A stretch of DNA of 26,185 nt from Candidatus Hydrogenedentota bacterium (GCA_034408725.1 JAWXCN010000149.1:1-26185), one strand, 5' to 3'. Shown: positions 7,726 to 17,010, counted from the first letter of the stretch. Numbers and translations: made by a program. The notes: a model not told the origin generated them from the letters alone.

Positions 7726-9333
7726 CTAATTCGATTCGGTAATTTCATTGGTTGCCATCCTGGAATCTGCCGTGGAGATGGCTTGTTTTTTTAGAGCCCT
7801 CGGTTTGCGCTTAACGGCGGGATTACCGGTTCCGTTGCCGCGGTTCTCGTGTTCCTCCTGATCGCGCATCGCGTGACGCATTTCGACGACATGCCGTTCG
7901 TTCACGGACGCCGCGGCGCGTAGTTCGAGAAACGATTCGCGCACAAACTCGATGAGCGAGTCCACGTCCGGTGCTGCATTGCCATCCGCGATCAACGAGA
8001 CGAAAAGCCGTTGGTCATAGCTGGTGACACCACAACTGATGCCCATTTCAAGCGCAATCGGGAGCAGTGGGTAATAGCTCAATAGCCGTTTTCCTACGCA
8101 GTAAAGCGGAATCTGTGGTCCCGGCACATTGGTGCAAATGAGATGCATGGGCGGCACTTGCCATGCCATGCCGAGAATTTTCTGCACGAGTGGAGTTGCG
8201 ACACTCCCGAGGGACAAAGCCTGCACCGGGGCTGGAACGCCCTGCAACGCGGAAAACATAAGGCTAACGGCTTCGCTGACGCGCGACTTTTTCAGTTCTG
8301 TTGTGTTCTCATTGATGATGCGCAGCCGTTCGACCGGGTCTTTGACTTCCAGAGGCACTTCTAACGGTAAGAACGAGATGCGATTGCCCATGTCGCCGCG
8401 CTCGTCTTCCGTGCGAATGTTCACCGGGACCAGCACGCGCAAATAACGTTTACGCAGACTCTCACCGTGGAGTTGCAGATACCGCTGGCACGCGCCGCTG
8501 AGCACCGTCAGGACTACGTCGTTCAACGTCCCACCGCAAGCCGCCCGAATTGCGCGTGCTTCCGCGAATGAGAAATCCGCGAACGCCAGTTTACGTTCGC
8601 CGGAAAACGGTTTGTTGAACGGCATGCGTTTGGCCGGGGCAAGAAAGTCGCGCATGGTCGCCGCAAATTCCTTCGCAGCCGCCTTGGTTTGCGTGGGGTC
8701 TAAGCCCTTTGCATAGTCCACAAGACCCTTCCGGAACCGCGACCAATGGTCTACCGCATCTGTCGCATTGTCACGCAGTGCGTCATACAGGAGCTGGCCC
8801 GAGTTCGGGATTGGCGGGGGAAGATATTTTTCCTTTTTGATTTTCTCCGATTTCGGCCATGCATCGAAAATAACATACAAGAGGCCGATTCCCGCGACGC
8901 CATCGATCATGCAATGGTGTACCCGCGCGAACATCCCTGTTCGATTGCCCTTCATGCCCTCGACGACGTAGATTTCCCACAGTGGCCGGTTGCGGTCGAG
9001 CATGCCGCGAAACAATTCAGAGCATAACGCGTGAAAAGCTTTCTCATCCCCGGGATCGTCGCAGGTGATCAAATGGACGTGATTGTTGATATCGAAATCG
9101 GGATCGAATTCCCAGGTGGGCATGCCGATATTGAAGGGCGCGGGGACGACACGCTGGCGGTAGCGGGGAATGAGGTGCAAGCGGGAATCAATGTGTGACA
9201 CGAACCGTTTGAACGGCACTCTTCCATCGAACTGCGCAACGCACCCGACATTCATCGGTTCTTCTTCCCGTTCGCTGAACAGGAAGAACGCATCCATCGG
9301 CGACAACCGCCGCTTTAGGGTGCTCGATGACAT
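7726..9333 (-). CDS. wax ester synthase/diacylglycerol acyltransferase (WS/DGAT)
   Basis: LSPMDAFFL, PRYRQRV, LDRNRPLWE, catalytic HHCMIDG, GTLNDVVL and TNVPGP. ATG 9333 follows GGAG/GAAGGA. Confidence 0.93.
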   Translation of the reverse strand: MSSSTLKRRLSPMDAFFLFSEREEEPMNVGCVAQFDGRVPFKRFVSHIDSRLHLIPRYRQRVVPAPFNIGMPTWEFDPDFDINNHVHLITCDDPGDEKAFHALCSELFRGMLDRNRPLWEIYVVEGMKGNRTGMFARVHHCMIDGVAGIGLLYVIFDAWPKSEKIKKEKYLPPPIPNSGQLLYDALRDNATDAVDHWSRFRKGLVDYAKGLDPTQTKAAAKEFAATMRDFLAPAKRMPFNKPFSGERKLAFADFSFAEARAIRAACGGTLNDVVLTVLSGACQRYLQLHGESLRKRYLRVLVPVNIRTEDERGDMGNRISFLPLEVPLEVKDPVERLRIINENTTELKKSRVSEAVSLMFSALQGVPAPVQALSLGSVATPLVQKILGMAWQVPPMHLICTNVPGPQIPLYCVGKRLLSYYPLLPIALEMGISCGVTSYDQRLFVSLIADGNAAPDVDSLIEFVRESFLELRAAASVNERHVVEMRHAMRDQEEHENRGNGTGNPAVKRKPRALKKQAISTADSRMATNEITESN

Positions 9334-9394
9334 TGTCCTTCGTCTCCGTGGAAACAATCATTCCAACACAGGTGATCGCAGACGGTCAAGCGCG

Positions 9395-10477
9395 TTACTC
9401 CGCTTCGAACACCTGAACACCCTGCAATTCAAGCACGAAATCCGGGCCGAATGCCATCGACGGCGTTAACGCTCCCGGAGGCAATGGAGTGCGTGCAACG
9501 CGCTGGAGTATGGTCACTGCGGCGTCTACCGTAAGCGCGTATCCCTCCGGCGTGCGCATGCGAAGCGCTTTCTTCTGGCCGGCATCGTTTGTTACCTCTC
9601 CCCAAAGCAGTGTCTCGTTGCGCGCGCGATCACTTTCCGTCGGACCTTTTACGTGCTTTGTAATTCTATTTTTTAGAAACCGCTGCACGAAACCAAGACC
9701 AAGGATAGGTCGGAGTGCGGCGGCGCGCCTCATCATTTTGAATTGCTTCTCCGGAACACCCGTATACACTTCAATATTCGGAATGCCGGTCGAATAATAC
9801 GCGGTGGATACATCGCCCCATGGAATTCCTACAGCGAGCTCAGGCGAATTCCGGAACGGAATCATGGCCGTCATGGATGCGGAGGGAACGGAAATCAGCT
9901 TGCCCTCCTTGCGTATGCGCGAACCCTTGGGCAAACCCTCGACCACGGTCTTCGCAGTGCCGGGGCTAAACTTGCCGTCGCGCGATTGAAACGCAAGTCT
10001 CAAGCGTGTTGCATCCGGCAAGGCGCGCTTCAACATCGCGGCGAGGCAATCCGAAGGCACGACATCGAACCCGACGCCGGGCATTGCAACCATTCCGGAT
10101 CGTTTCCAATGGGCATCGCGCGAGTGAACATACTCGAATACATCAATCTCGCCGGTGATGTCGAAATAATGGCAGTGCGCATGTTCGCATGCGGAGAGCA
10201 TCGGGACGCTGGTAGCCGAGAACGGCCCCGCGCAATGCAGCACTGACGTAATGCCGCCGAGGTTGTCCGCCACGACGCGGGGATCGTCGAGCGTGAACAC
10301 GCGGAATTCGAGACCCAACTCACGCGCAAGTTCGCCCAACGCGGTGGCGTTGCGCCCGCCCAGCACTGGGCGCATGCCGCGCTGGACGGATTCGATGGCG
10401 CAAAGGCGTCCGGTATAGCCATTCGCGCCGTAGACCATCCACGGACGATGTTTTTCGATTGCGGGCGCGGTTGCCAT
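9395..10477 (-). CDS. saccharopine dehydrogenase-like NAD(P)-binding oxidoreductase (trans-acting enoyl reductase family)
   Basis: VYGANGYTG, HCAGPF, YFDITGE, GFDVVPSD, SPGTAKT and WGDVSTAYYSTGIPNI. Confidence 0.85.
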   Translation of the reverse strand: MATAPAIEKHRPWMVYGANGYTGRLCAIESVQRGMRPVLGGRNATALGELARELGLEFRVFTLDDPRVVADNLGGITSVLHCAGPFSATSVPMLSACEHAHCHYFDITGEIDVFEYVHSRDAHWKRSGMVAMPGVGFDVVPSDCLAAMLKRALPDATRLRLAFQSRDGKFSPGTAKTVVEGLPKGSRIRKEGKLISVPSASMTAMIPFRNSPELAVGIPWGDVSTAYYSTGIPNIEVYTGVPEKQFKMMRRAAALRPILGLGFVQRFLKNRITKHVKGPTESDRARNETLLWGEVTNDAGQKKALRMRTPEGYALTVDAAVTILQRVARTPLPPGALTPSMAFGPDFVLELQGVQVFEAE

Positions 10478-10496
10478 GGATTACACCGTCACCGGA

Positions 10497-12017
10497 TTAT
10501 CGGCGGCCACGCCGCGTGATTGCATAATCAAAGTATGAATGTTCATTGACCACCGATTTGTGCAGTTCCGAAGTATATGTGGAATCGTCCAATGCGCGTT
10601 CAGTCGTAATTTTGTCTTTTGACACGGTCACCGATGCAGGCTCCGGTCCGTCTTTCAAAAGTTCCGCCATGACCCGGCCATCCATTGGTGCGGGCGGGCT
10701 AATGCCGAGGACGCGGCACACTGTTGGGGCAATGTCTACGTTCGCCGTGGGTACATTGCTTTTCATCCCCGTTTTCAATGCCGGACCGGCTGCAATAAGC
10801 GTGTTATGAATATCAAAAGGGCTCGACGTGCCGTGGCCGGCAATGCCTCCTTGCGCCGTCATGCCTTTCCAGCCATATTGATTCGCTTCGTCAGACCAAG
10901 TCACATCGACCAAAATATCTCCGGAGCGTTCGTGGTTCCAATTGATGCTGTCGAACGAAAACGTCCCCGGAACGCGGCCTTGGGCATCACCTGGTTTCGC
11001 AGCCGCGGTGAACACGGGACCTATCCAGGGCGTGCGATGAAGCACATCCACGATTCTGTTTATCGTGGCGTCATCGTGATTGTCGACGTAGATCGCGCCT
11101 TCGGACACGATTACGTCCGTGCTGGCGAGGCTTTTCTTCACACCTTCCTGCACGAGCAACTGCATGAGGTTGGCGGGCCCGGAGTGCGTCGAGAACCCAT
11201 GATCGGATGTCACGAAGATGTTCAACCGCTCCGATAATTTGCGGGCTTCCAGTTCTGACAAAAGCCTGCCGACTTCCTCGTCGACATGCTTAAGGGCGGC
11301 GACGGTGTCCGGTGTGCCGATGCCTTTTGAGTGCGCGGTGTGGTCGGGATCAGTGATCCAAAGAAACGACACGCGCGCGCCGACTTCCGCAATGCCCATT
11401 TGCACGAGGGCGTCTACCGCGCGGCGATTTCCCGCCACTTGCGGATAAGCCTCCGCCGGTTCCGGGCCGAACCGTTTTTCGACTCCTTCACGAGTGGACT
11501 CTGGCAGCACCATTTCGGAATTTACGATGCCACCGCCCTTCACCTTATGGTTGAGCAGATACGACGATCCGCTCGAACCGGCGCTCGCGACGAACAACTT
11601 GATGCCAGCGCCGTCCAGAATCTCACCGAGCGAAGGTGCTGTGAGCAGTTTTCCGCCGGTGGCATCCTCGACCTTCATCAAGTTCTGCGCGTTGCCGGTG
11701 CTGAATGGTTTTTGGGAATCCACCTCGGGCACGTAAATCGTATTGCCAAGGATGCCGTGCCGCGCCGGATAGCAGCCGGTTGCGAAGGACGATGCGTTTA
11801 CCCGCGTAACCGTGGGAAACACGGAGTGATGATTCGCGCACACGACGCCGCGTTCACCGAGCGCGTGCAGATTCGGCATGAGCTCGGACGTGACATAGTC
11901 TGGCCGCAGCCCATCCAACACAATTACGAGAGCGCTCTGCTGCTCTTCCGCCACGGCGGGACACAATCCAGCGGAGAATACGAAAGCCAGGATTGAGAAC
12001 GCGGTGGTGAGCTTCAT
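10497..12017 (-). CDS. secreted alkaline-phosphatase-superfamily nucleotide pyrophosphatase/phosphodiesterase
   Basis: Signal peptide (AVA|EE), LDGLRPD, Thr nucleophile in FPTVTRVN, DPDHTAH, TSDHG and GHG. Confidence 0.85.
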   Translation of the reverse strand: MKLTTAFSILAFVFSAGLCPAVAEEQQSALVIVLDGLRPDYVTSELMPNLHALGERGVVCANHHSVFPTVTRVNASSFATGCYPARHGILGNTIYVPEVDSQKPFSTGNAQNLMKVEDATGGKLLTAPSLGEILDGAGIKLFVASAGSSGSSYLLNHKVKGGGIVNSEMVLPESTREGVEKRFGPEPAEAYPQVAGNRRAVDALVQMGIAEVGARVSFLWITDPDHTAHSKGIGTPDTVAALKHVDEEVGRLLSELEARKLSERLNIFVTSDHGFSTHSGPANLMQLLVQEGVKKSLASTDVIVSEGAIYVDNHDDATINRIVDVLHRTPWIGPVFTAAAKPGDAQGRVPGTFSFDSINWNHERSGDILVDVTWSDEANQYGWKGMTAQGGIAGHGTSSPFDIHNTLIAAGPALKTGMKSNVPTANVDIAPTVCRVLGISPPAPMDGRVMAELLKDGPEPASVTVSKDKITTERALDDSTYTSELHKSVVNEHSYFDYAITRRGRR

Positions 12018-12031
12018 GGTCTGAACTCGCG

Positions 12032-12460
12032 TTAAACGCGGAGATGATCGGCTTGCCAGTTGGTCACCAACTGCTTGATATCCTTCGAGCGCATCGACTT
12101 GTTTGCCAGGACCTTTTCTACGAGCGCTGGCAGCTCGGCGTCCGAAGCGAACCGCAGACCGATGATCTGGCCCAATTCGAGCTCACGGGCACGCGCGGCG
12201 ATGCTATCGGGCAACACCCGTTCGAGGCGCTGGCCCATTTCCATGCGGATGATTCGATCTTGCAGACGTGTAGCATATCGCCGCATCCGCAGCACCACCA
12301 TCACGACCGCGATCGCGAGAAAGGTGACCGTAAGCTTGCTCAGCACGGGAATTGTCACCAGACTTGCGATGATCGCCAAAAGGCACAAGATTCCAATTAT
12401 GACCAACTGTGGATCGTAAGTTCGATGGTTCGCGTAATTCTGCACCGGTTCTGCCGACAT
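12032..12460 (-). CDS. small membrane protein, DUF6526-like
   Basis: QNYANHR, two hydrophobic segments, RRYATRLQDRIIRME, QIIGLRFASDAEL and WQADHLRV. Strong RBS GGAGGAG. Confidence 0.7.
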   Translation of the reverse strand: MSAEPVQNYANHRTYDPQLVIIGILCLLAIIASLVTIPVLSKLTVTFLAIAVVMVVLRMRRYATRLQDRIIRMEMGQRLERVLPDSIAARARELELGQIIGLRFASDAELPALVEKVLANKSMRSKDIKQLVTNWQADHLRV

Positions 12461-12606
12461 TGTAGACTCCTCCGCTTATGGTTGGCGCCTGTAGTTTGAA
12501 CACATGGAATTCGACTGGCAATCCGCACTTCCCATCAAGATCATAAAGGATCGGATACCGTCTTGTCTCACAGTGGCAACGGATGCCCGCGGATAAAGGT
12601 AGGACG

Positions 12607-13212
12607 CTACGAGAAGTCCTGAAAGAACTGCTTCACCCGCTTCCAAACAAACCACGTCAGCGTGCGCACGCTGTCGTTGTCCACCTCGACAAAGCGCACT
12701 CCGAACCGCGGCCGAGAAGCCGGCTTGCCCGTCGAGAAATGCACCAGCTCTCCCAACACCGTTACCGCCGGGTCATCGGCAATCTGGACTTTTAACTGTT
12801 CGCCATGTTCGAGTTCCGGTAGCGTTTCGCTCTCCATGAGCGCGCCGCCCGAACTGATATTCAGCAGTTTGGCCTGAAACTGGGCGGGAGAATCGTCCAG
12901 CATGAGTGTCACTTTTATTTCCGTGGGTACGCGCAGAAACGAGCGGAGCTCGTCGCAGTTCAAATTGGCGGAGCGCAGCAACACCAATTCGGTGTGAGCG
13001 TCTGGGGCCGAAGTCAAAAATCGCGTGAAGTAAGCAGCCGTACCCTTTGGTCCGTCAAATTCGACGACAATGCCGCGGCCTTCAGGAGCAAAACCGTCTT
13101 CGGCGCAACGTATTCGGACGACGCGGTCTCGCACATCCAGCACCTCGGCCGGAATGCGCTTGCCATTTATGCGCATGTGGCATTGACTGCCTTTTTCAAA
13201 ACAACCCGGCAT
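12607..13212 (-). CDS. PilZ domain (c-di-GMP receptor) protein
   Basis: RSFLR (RxxxR) and NISSGG (N/DxSxxG) motifs plus GVRF, preceded by a YcgR-like N-terminal region. Start could be ATG 13176. Confidence 0.8.
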   Translation of the reverse strand: MPGCFEKGSQCHMRINGKRIPAEVLDVRDRVVRIRCAEDGFAPEGRGIVVEFDGPKGTAAYFTRFLTSAPDAHTELVLLRSANLNCDELRSFLRVPTEIKVTLMLDDSPAQFQAKLLNISSGGALMESETLPELEHGEQLKVQIADDPAVTVLGELVHFSTGKPASRPRFGVRFVEVDNDSVRTLTWFVWKRVKQFFQDFS

Positions 13213-13335
13213 ACCGCGACACCCTTTAGAGGTTGGAGATTGACCCCGTGCTCACTAATCGGTTTTTCAGCACCTTTAACATAAGCATACCATGCAACGA
13301 GTTGGCGATCCAGCCCCTGCGAGTTTACGCCGAGT

Positions 13336-13365
13336 TTGCTCCCGTCGTGCCCATGCCGCTACGAT
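13336..13365 (+). promoter_or_regulatory. putative sigma70 promoter for the metallophosphoesterase-TPR pair
   Basis: TTGCTC (13336-13341), 18-bp spacer, TACGAT (13360-13365). Confidence 0.4.
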
Positions 13366-13401
13366 CCAAACCGTTGAATTCGGAATTGGAGCACATTAGC
13401 C

Positions 13402-14139
13402 TTGGAAAAGAGAACTCGCGCCGGGTACGTCGTTTCCGACCTCCATATGTTTTCGAAGCGGTCAGATTTTGCCGTTCATGAGGACGCAATATTCGACCAT
13501 GCAAGCCGCGCCGATGTTTTTATTTTGAATGGAGACACGTTCGACTTTCGTTGGACCGTTCTTCCCTCGATGGACGAGACGGTCATGGCGGCGATTCGCT
13601 GGCTGCGGTATCTGACCGAGCGATTTCCGCGGTGCGAGTTTCATTTCATTTTGGGCAATCACGATAACAACCAGGCTTTCATCGAGGAATTGTCGCGGTT
13701 GGCCGTGGAAAAGGACAACCTGGCCTGGCACCCGTACTATTTGAAGCTGGGCGATACGGTGTTTCTGCATGGCGACGTTTCCGACAAACCCATGATGGGC
13801 CCGGCGGGCCTCGAGAAACACCGCGAGGAATGGCTACACGATACGGTGCGCCGCCCGATTTATCATCGGCTGTATGACATGGCAATGAACGTGGGCCTGC
13901 ACAGAATGGCGCAAGCAGCGAAGTATCCGCGCAAGCGCGTGGTGCGTCGTGTGCTCGCCTATCTTGATGACCTTGGATTGGGCGCGGAAAATGGTTTGAA
14001 GCACGTGTACTTTGGTCATACGCATGGCGCGATGCAGAATTTTGGGTACGGGGGGCTGCTCTTTCACAACGCGGGTTCGCCGATGAAAGGGTTGAAGTTC
14101 AGCGTTTTGCCAGTGGAGATTACGGAGACAACACAGTAG
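13402..14139 (+). CDS. calcineurin-like metallophosphoesterase (LpxH/UDP-2,3-diacylglucosamine hydrolase-like)
   Basis: All five motifs present: SDLH, GDTFD, GNHD, HGD, GHTH. TTG start with GGAG upstream. Confidence 0.85.
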   Translation: MEKRTRAGYVVSDLHMFSKRSDFAVHEDAIFDHASRADVFILNGDTFDFRWTVLPSMDETVMAAIRWLRYLTERFPRCEFHFILGNHDNNQAFIEELSRLAVEKDNLAWHPYYLKLGDTVFLHGDVSDKPMMGPAGLEKHREEWLHDTVRRPIYHRLYDMAMNVGLHRMAQAAKYPRKRVVRRVLAYLDDLGLGAENGLKHVYFGHTHGAMQNFGYGGLLFHNAGSPMKGLKFSVLPVEITETTQ

Positions 14140-14147
14140 GAGTTTTC

Positions 14148-15104
14148 ATGCGAAGTCGATTGATAACCGCAGTCATGCATACTCTTGTCGCGTTTCTCGC
14201 CGCGCCGTTTTTGATGGCTTGTATCTGGTATCACGGCACAGCACCGGATGGTACCTCGAAACAATATGAGCCCCTTAAGATTCATGGGGCCGGGTTCGTG
14301 GTTCTCCGCGCAACTGCCGACACATTCAGGCAGATCATCAATTCGGACAATTCGTCGTGGGAGGTTAAGGTTTCGGAACTCGCGACGAAATCCGGCTTTG
14401 CAGCCCGAAACGATTACGCGGTCGCGCTAATCTACACCGGCGACTATGAACAGGCCATCAAGGTACTACACGAATTGGAGGAGCAGGCCAGCAATCCATC
14501 ATATGAGGTCGCGGCTAATCTTGGCACGGCCTATGAGCTTTCTGGAAATTTAGATCAGGCTTTGAAGTGGATCACAGAGGGAATGAAGCGCGATCCGAAG
14601 TCTCACTACGGCACAGAGTGGCTTCACCAGCGAATTATTCAAACCAAGCTTGATGGTAAATCGGAAGTGTTTGAACTCGAAAATCCGCTCGACTTTGACA
14701 ATCCACAAGCCCGGTATACGGCCGGCGAGCAAACTTTCACCTCGGAAGAATTGATTACCGCCATTCTGTACCAGACATCGGAACGGGCTGCGTTTGTCAA
14801 ACCGGAGGATGGTGTCATGGCGAACTTGTTCGCGATGGGTGGGAATGTCATAGCATCGACCGTAGCGCTGGAACCGGCCATCGATATGTTTGAACTTGCG
14901 GTTTTATATGGACATCCAAAATCACAGGAAATTCAGGCTTGGTTTCCAGAAGCCAGAAAGATTATCGCCTGGAATAACAACATGCGCAGCTTGCGAAACG
15001 CAGGCCTCTGGGCTGCCGGGATTGGCGCATTCATCGTCGCGGCATACCTGGCGGTGCGATATCAACGAAAGAAACGAAATCTACCCCCCGTCCATCACGA
15101 ATAA
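14148..15104 (+). CDS. exported TPR-repeat protein with C-terminal membrane anchor
   Basis: N-terminal signal-like segment; TPR-like NDYAVALIYTGDYEQAIKVL and ANLGTAYELSGNLDQALKWI; C-terminal TM followed by RYQRKKR. RBS AGGAG. Confidence 0.75.
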   Translation: MRSRLITAVMHTLVAFLAAPFLMACIWYHGTAPDGTSKQYEPLKIHGAGFVVLRATADTFRQIINSDNSSWEVKVSELATKSGFAARNDYAVALIYTGDYEQAIKVLHELEEQASNPSYEVAANLGTAYELSGNLDQALKWITEGMKRDPKSHYGTEWLHQRIIQTKLDGKSEVFELENPLDFDNPQARYTAGEQTFTSEELITAILYQTSERAAFVKPEDGVMANLFAMGGNVIASTVALEPAIDMFELAVLYGHPKSQEIQAWFPEARKIIAWNNNMRSLRNAGLWAAGIGAFIVAAYLAVRYQRKKRNLPPVHHE

Positions 15105-15130
15105 CTTGCGTTCGAAGTCTTGGCTGCGGA

Positions 15131-15940
15131 TCAGTGAATCTGCGCCCCTTGCCGGACGACAGCCTGCTTCGGTGCGAGCCGATCGTGAATCACGCGCTTG
15201 AACGCTTCGAGCGCGGCGACCGGGTCTGGATCGCCCCAAATGTTCCGGCCGATGGTTGCGCCGCTTGCGCCGGCGGCGATAGCGCCATCCATTAAGTCAA
15301 GCGCTTCGAGCAGCGAATTGGCCTTTGGCCCGCCCGCCGCAACTACCGGCACCGGTGAGGTCGCAATGATTTCACGGAACGATTCGATATCGCCGGTATA
15401 GGGGACTTTAATTACGTCCGCGCCCAGCTCGACGCCTACGCGCACGGCGTACAGAATATTTTCCGGATCGTGTACGACCTTCGGTTCGCCCGAAAAGTCG
15501 CGCGGGTAGATATGCGCTATCACGGGAAGTTCATACTGCGCGGCTTCCTCAACGATTCCCGCCAGCATTTTCAGGTAGTCGCCTTCGCGCGCGCTCCGCA
15601 GCGCGATCGCGGCGGAAATGGCGTCCGCGCCGAGACGCATGCACTCGTGTGGGCGCGCGTGCTGGTGCATGATGGCGTCATCCAGCGTAAATGCAACGCT
15701 TGTAATGATGAGCGGTATGCGTCCCGCGTATGGCGCGAATGCGTGTTCCGCCATCCCCTTGTACATCGTGATGGCATCCGGTTTACCCTGGACGAGTGTC
15801 TTGATCGTTTCCGGCACATTACGCAGACCGGGAGGGAGGCCGTGCTGATATGCCACGAGGTGGTCGACAGCCACGGAACACAGCCGACAGGAAGGATGAG
15901 CAAAAATACGATTTAGACGAACGAGTTTACCGAGTGCCAC
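15131..15940 (-). CDS. class I aldolase, DhnA/LsrF family
   Basis: GKLVRLNRIF, VAVDH, HIYPR, Schiff-base Lys in ELGADVIKVPY, AAGGPK and GRNIW. GTG start after AAGGA. Confidence 0.88.
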   Translation of the reverse strand: MALGKLVRLNRIFAHPSCRLCSVAVDHLVAYQHGLPPGLRNVPETIKTLVQGKPDAITMYKGMAEHAFAPYAGRIPLIITSVAFTLDDAIMHQHARPHECMRLGADAISAAIALRSAREGDYLKMLAGIVEEAAQYELPVIAHIYPRDFSGEPKVVHDPENILYAVRVGVELGADVIKVPYTGDIESFREIIATSPVPVVAAGGPKANSLLEALDLMDGAIAAGASGATIGRNIWGDPDPVAALEAFKRVIHDRLAPKQAVVRQGAQIH

Positions 15941-15988
15941 GATAAGGTCCTTTTCCTGCGATTAAAGGTGAGCATGTACAAGTGCGGA

Positions 15989-16678
15989 TCACGTTTCCTT
16001 TTTCATGATGAACAGGTAGTTAAATCCCCGCAAAAAATAATTCCCCGCTACAGCTTCCGTGTGCCAGTGCCGGCGTTTCAACGTCTTGTTGTGGCGTACG
16101 ATTGCAACGATGTCCACTGGCTCGAAATATTTTTCCAGGATTGAGAACAAGCGGAATCCAATGGGTGCGAACTGTTTTTTCTTCTGCCACGAATCGCAGA
16201 CGTACAGAGCCATATAGCGTTTCGGTTTGAGAATTCGGTGCATCTCGCGGATCGCCTTTTCCATTGCTTCGTAATACGCCGGCGTAAGCGCATCCAGTTT
16301 GCCAATGCACGCGGGGTCGTCGGAATAGTCTATATGCGTCGAATACGGGGGATCGACGAACACAAAGTCCGCCTTGCCGTCTTCCAGCGGCAACTTGCGC
16401 GCGTCCGCCCGAAATACATCCTTTCGGAATGGCGCAATATCGTATCCCAACGCGCGTCGCCCCAGGTCTCGCGCGACATCCAGCGTGGTTCCACTCCCGC
16501 ACATCGGGTCTACGACGAGGTCGTTTTTCCGCGTATAACGCTCCAGCAAGTTCCAGATGATGTAAGACGGCGTGGCGCCGATATACTCTTTGCTGCCTTG
16601 CTCGGTCGAGCCATAATGTTGCGACGGATATTCCCATAAAGTCGTGGTTTGCAAGGTCAATTCTGGCTTCGTCGGCAT
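15989..16678 (-). CDS. SAM-dependent amino-methyltransferase (N6/N4 DNA methylase or Trm11-like)
   Basis: Motif I VVDPMCGSGTT, then GYDI, DAR and motif IV FVDPPY. ATG 16678 preferred over TTG 16699. Confidence 0.8.
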   Translation of the reverse strand: MPTKPELTLQTTTLWEYPSQHYGSTEQGSKEYIGATPSYIIWNLLERYTRKNDLVVDPMCGSGTTLDVARDLGRRALGYDIAPFRKDVFRADARKLPLEDGKADFVFVDPPYSTHIDYSDDPACIGKLDALTPAYYEAMEKAIREMHRILKPKRYMALYVCDSWQKKKQFAPIGFRLFSILEKYFEPVDIVAIVRHNKTLKRRHWHTEAVAGNYFLRGFNYLFIMKKET

Positions 16679-16846
16679 TTTGGATCCCCGTATCGTCAAT
16701 GATTGCAGACACCAAGTATACCCAAGGCGGGCCTGTCGAACGACGATACGTTTCCGTTCCGCAGTTCAAGGAAGAACTCAATGCACTTTCCGATGCAGCT
16801 CCATACAGGCTTCTTCCCACAATGTCGTGATTGGAAAGAGCGCTAT

Positions 16847-16889
16847 TTGGACTGCGGTGGCGAAGCGGGTAGCGCAGACACCGCTTTGG
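16847..16889 (+). repeat. REP-like extragenic imperfect palindrome
   Basis: ttGGACtGCGGTG-gcgaagcgggtagcgcaga-CACCGCtttgg; stem 16854-16859 pairs with 16879-16884. Same outer pattern as the hairpin at 22351-22378. Confidence 0.4.
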
Positions 16890-17010
16890 CTGATTAGGGG
16901 AGAAGTCTTTGTGCGCGGACAGCAAGGGTAGGACACTTGTGATGAGCAGCACGGTGCGCCTGCTACCGCTGCCCGGTAGCCGTAGTGCGTTGTTCGCGCG
17001 CGAGGCTAAG

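Noticed and set aside
12500-12600. Cobalamin-riboswitch-like words on the minus strand (GCCACTG ... GGGAAG) upstream of the DUF6526-like gene
   Set aside because: The upstream AGGGAA/GGTG core and the downstream AGYCAGRAGACC B12-box are missing, space before the PilZ stop codon is too short, and the downstream genes are not B12-related. An Rfam cmsearch would settle it.
16020-16952. 310-aa minus-strand ORF overlapping the methyltransferase
   Set aside because: Alternative frame with R/G/A-rich low-information sequence; the motif-bearing frame is 15989-16678.
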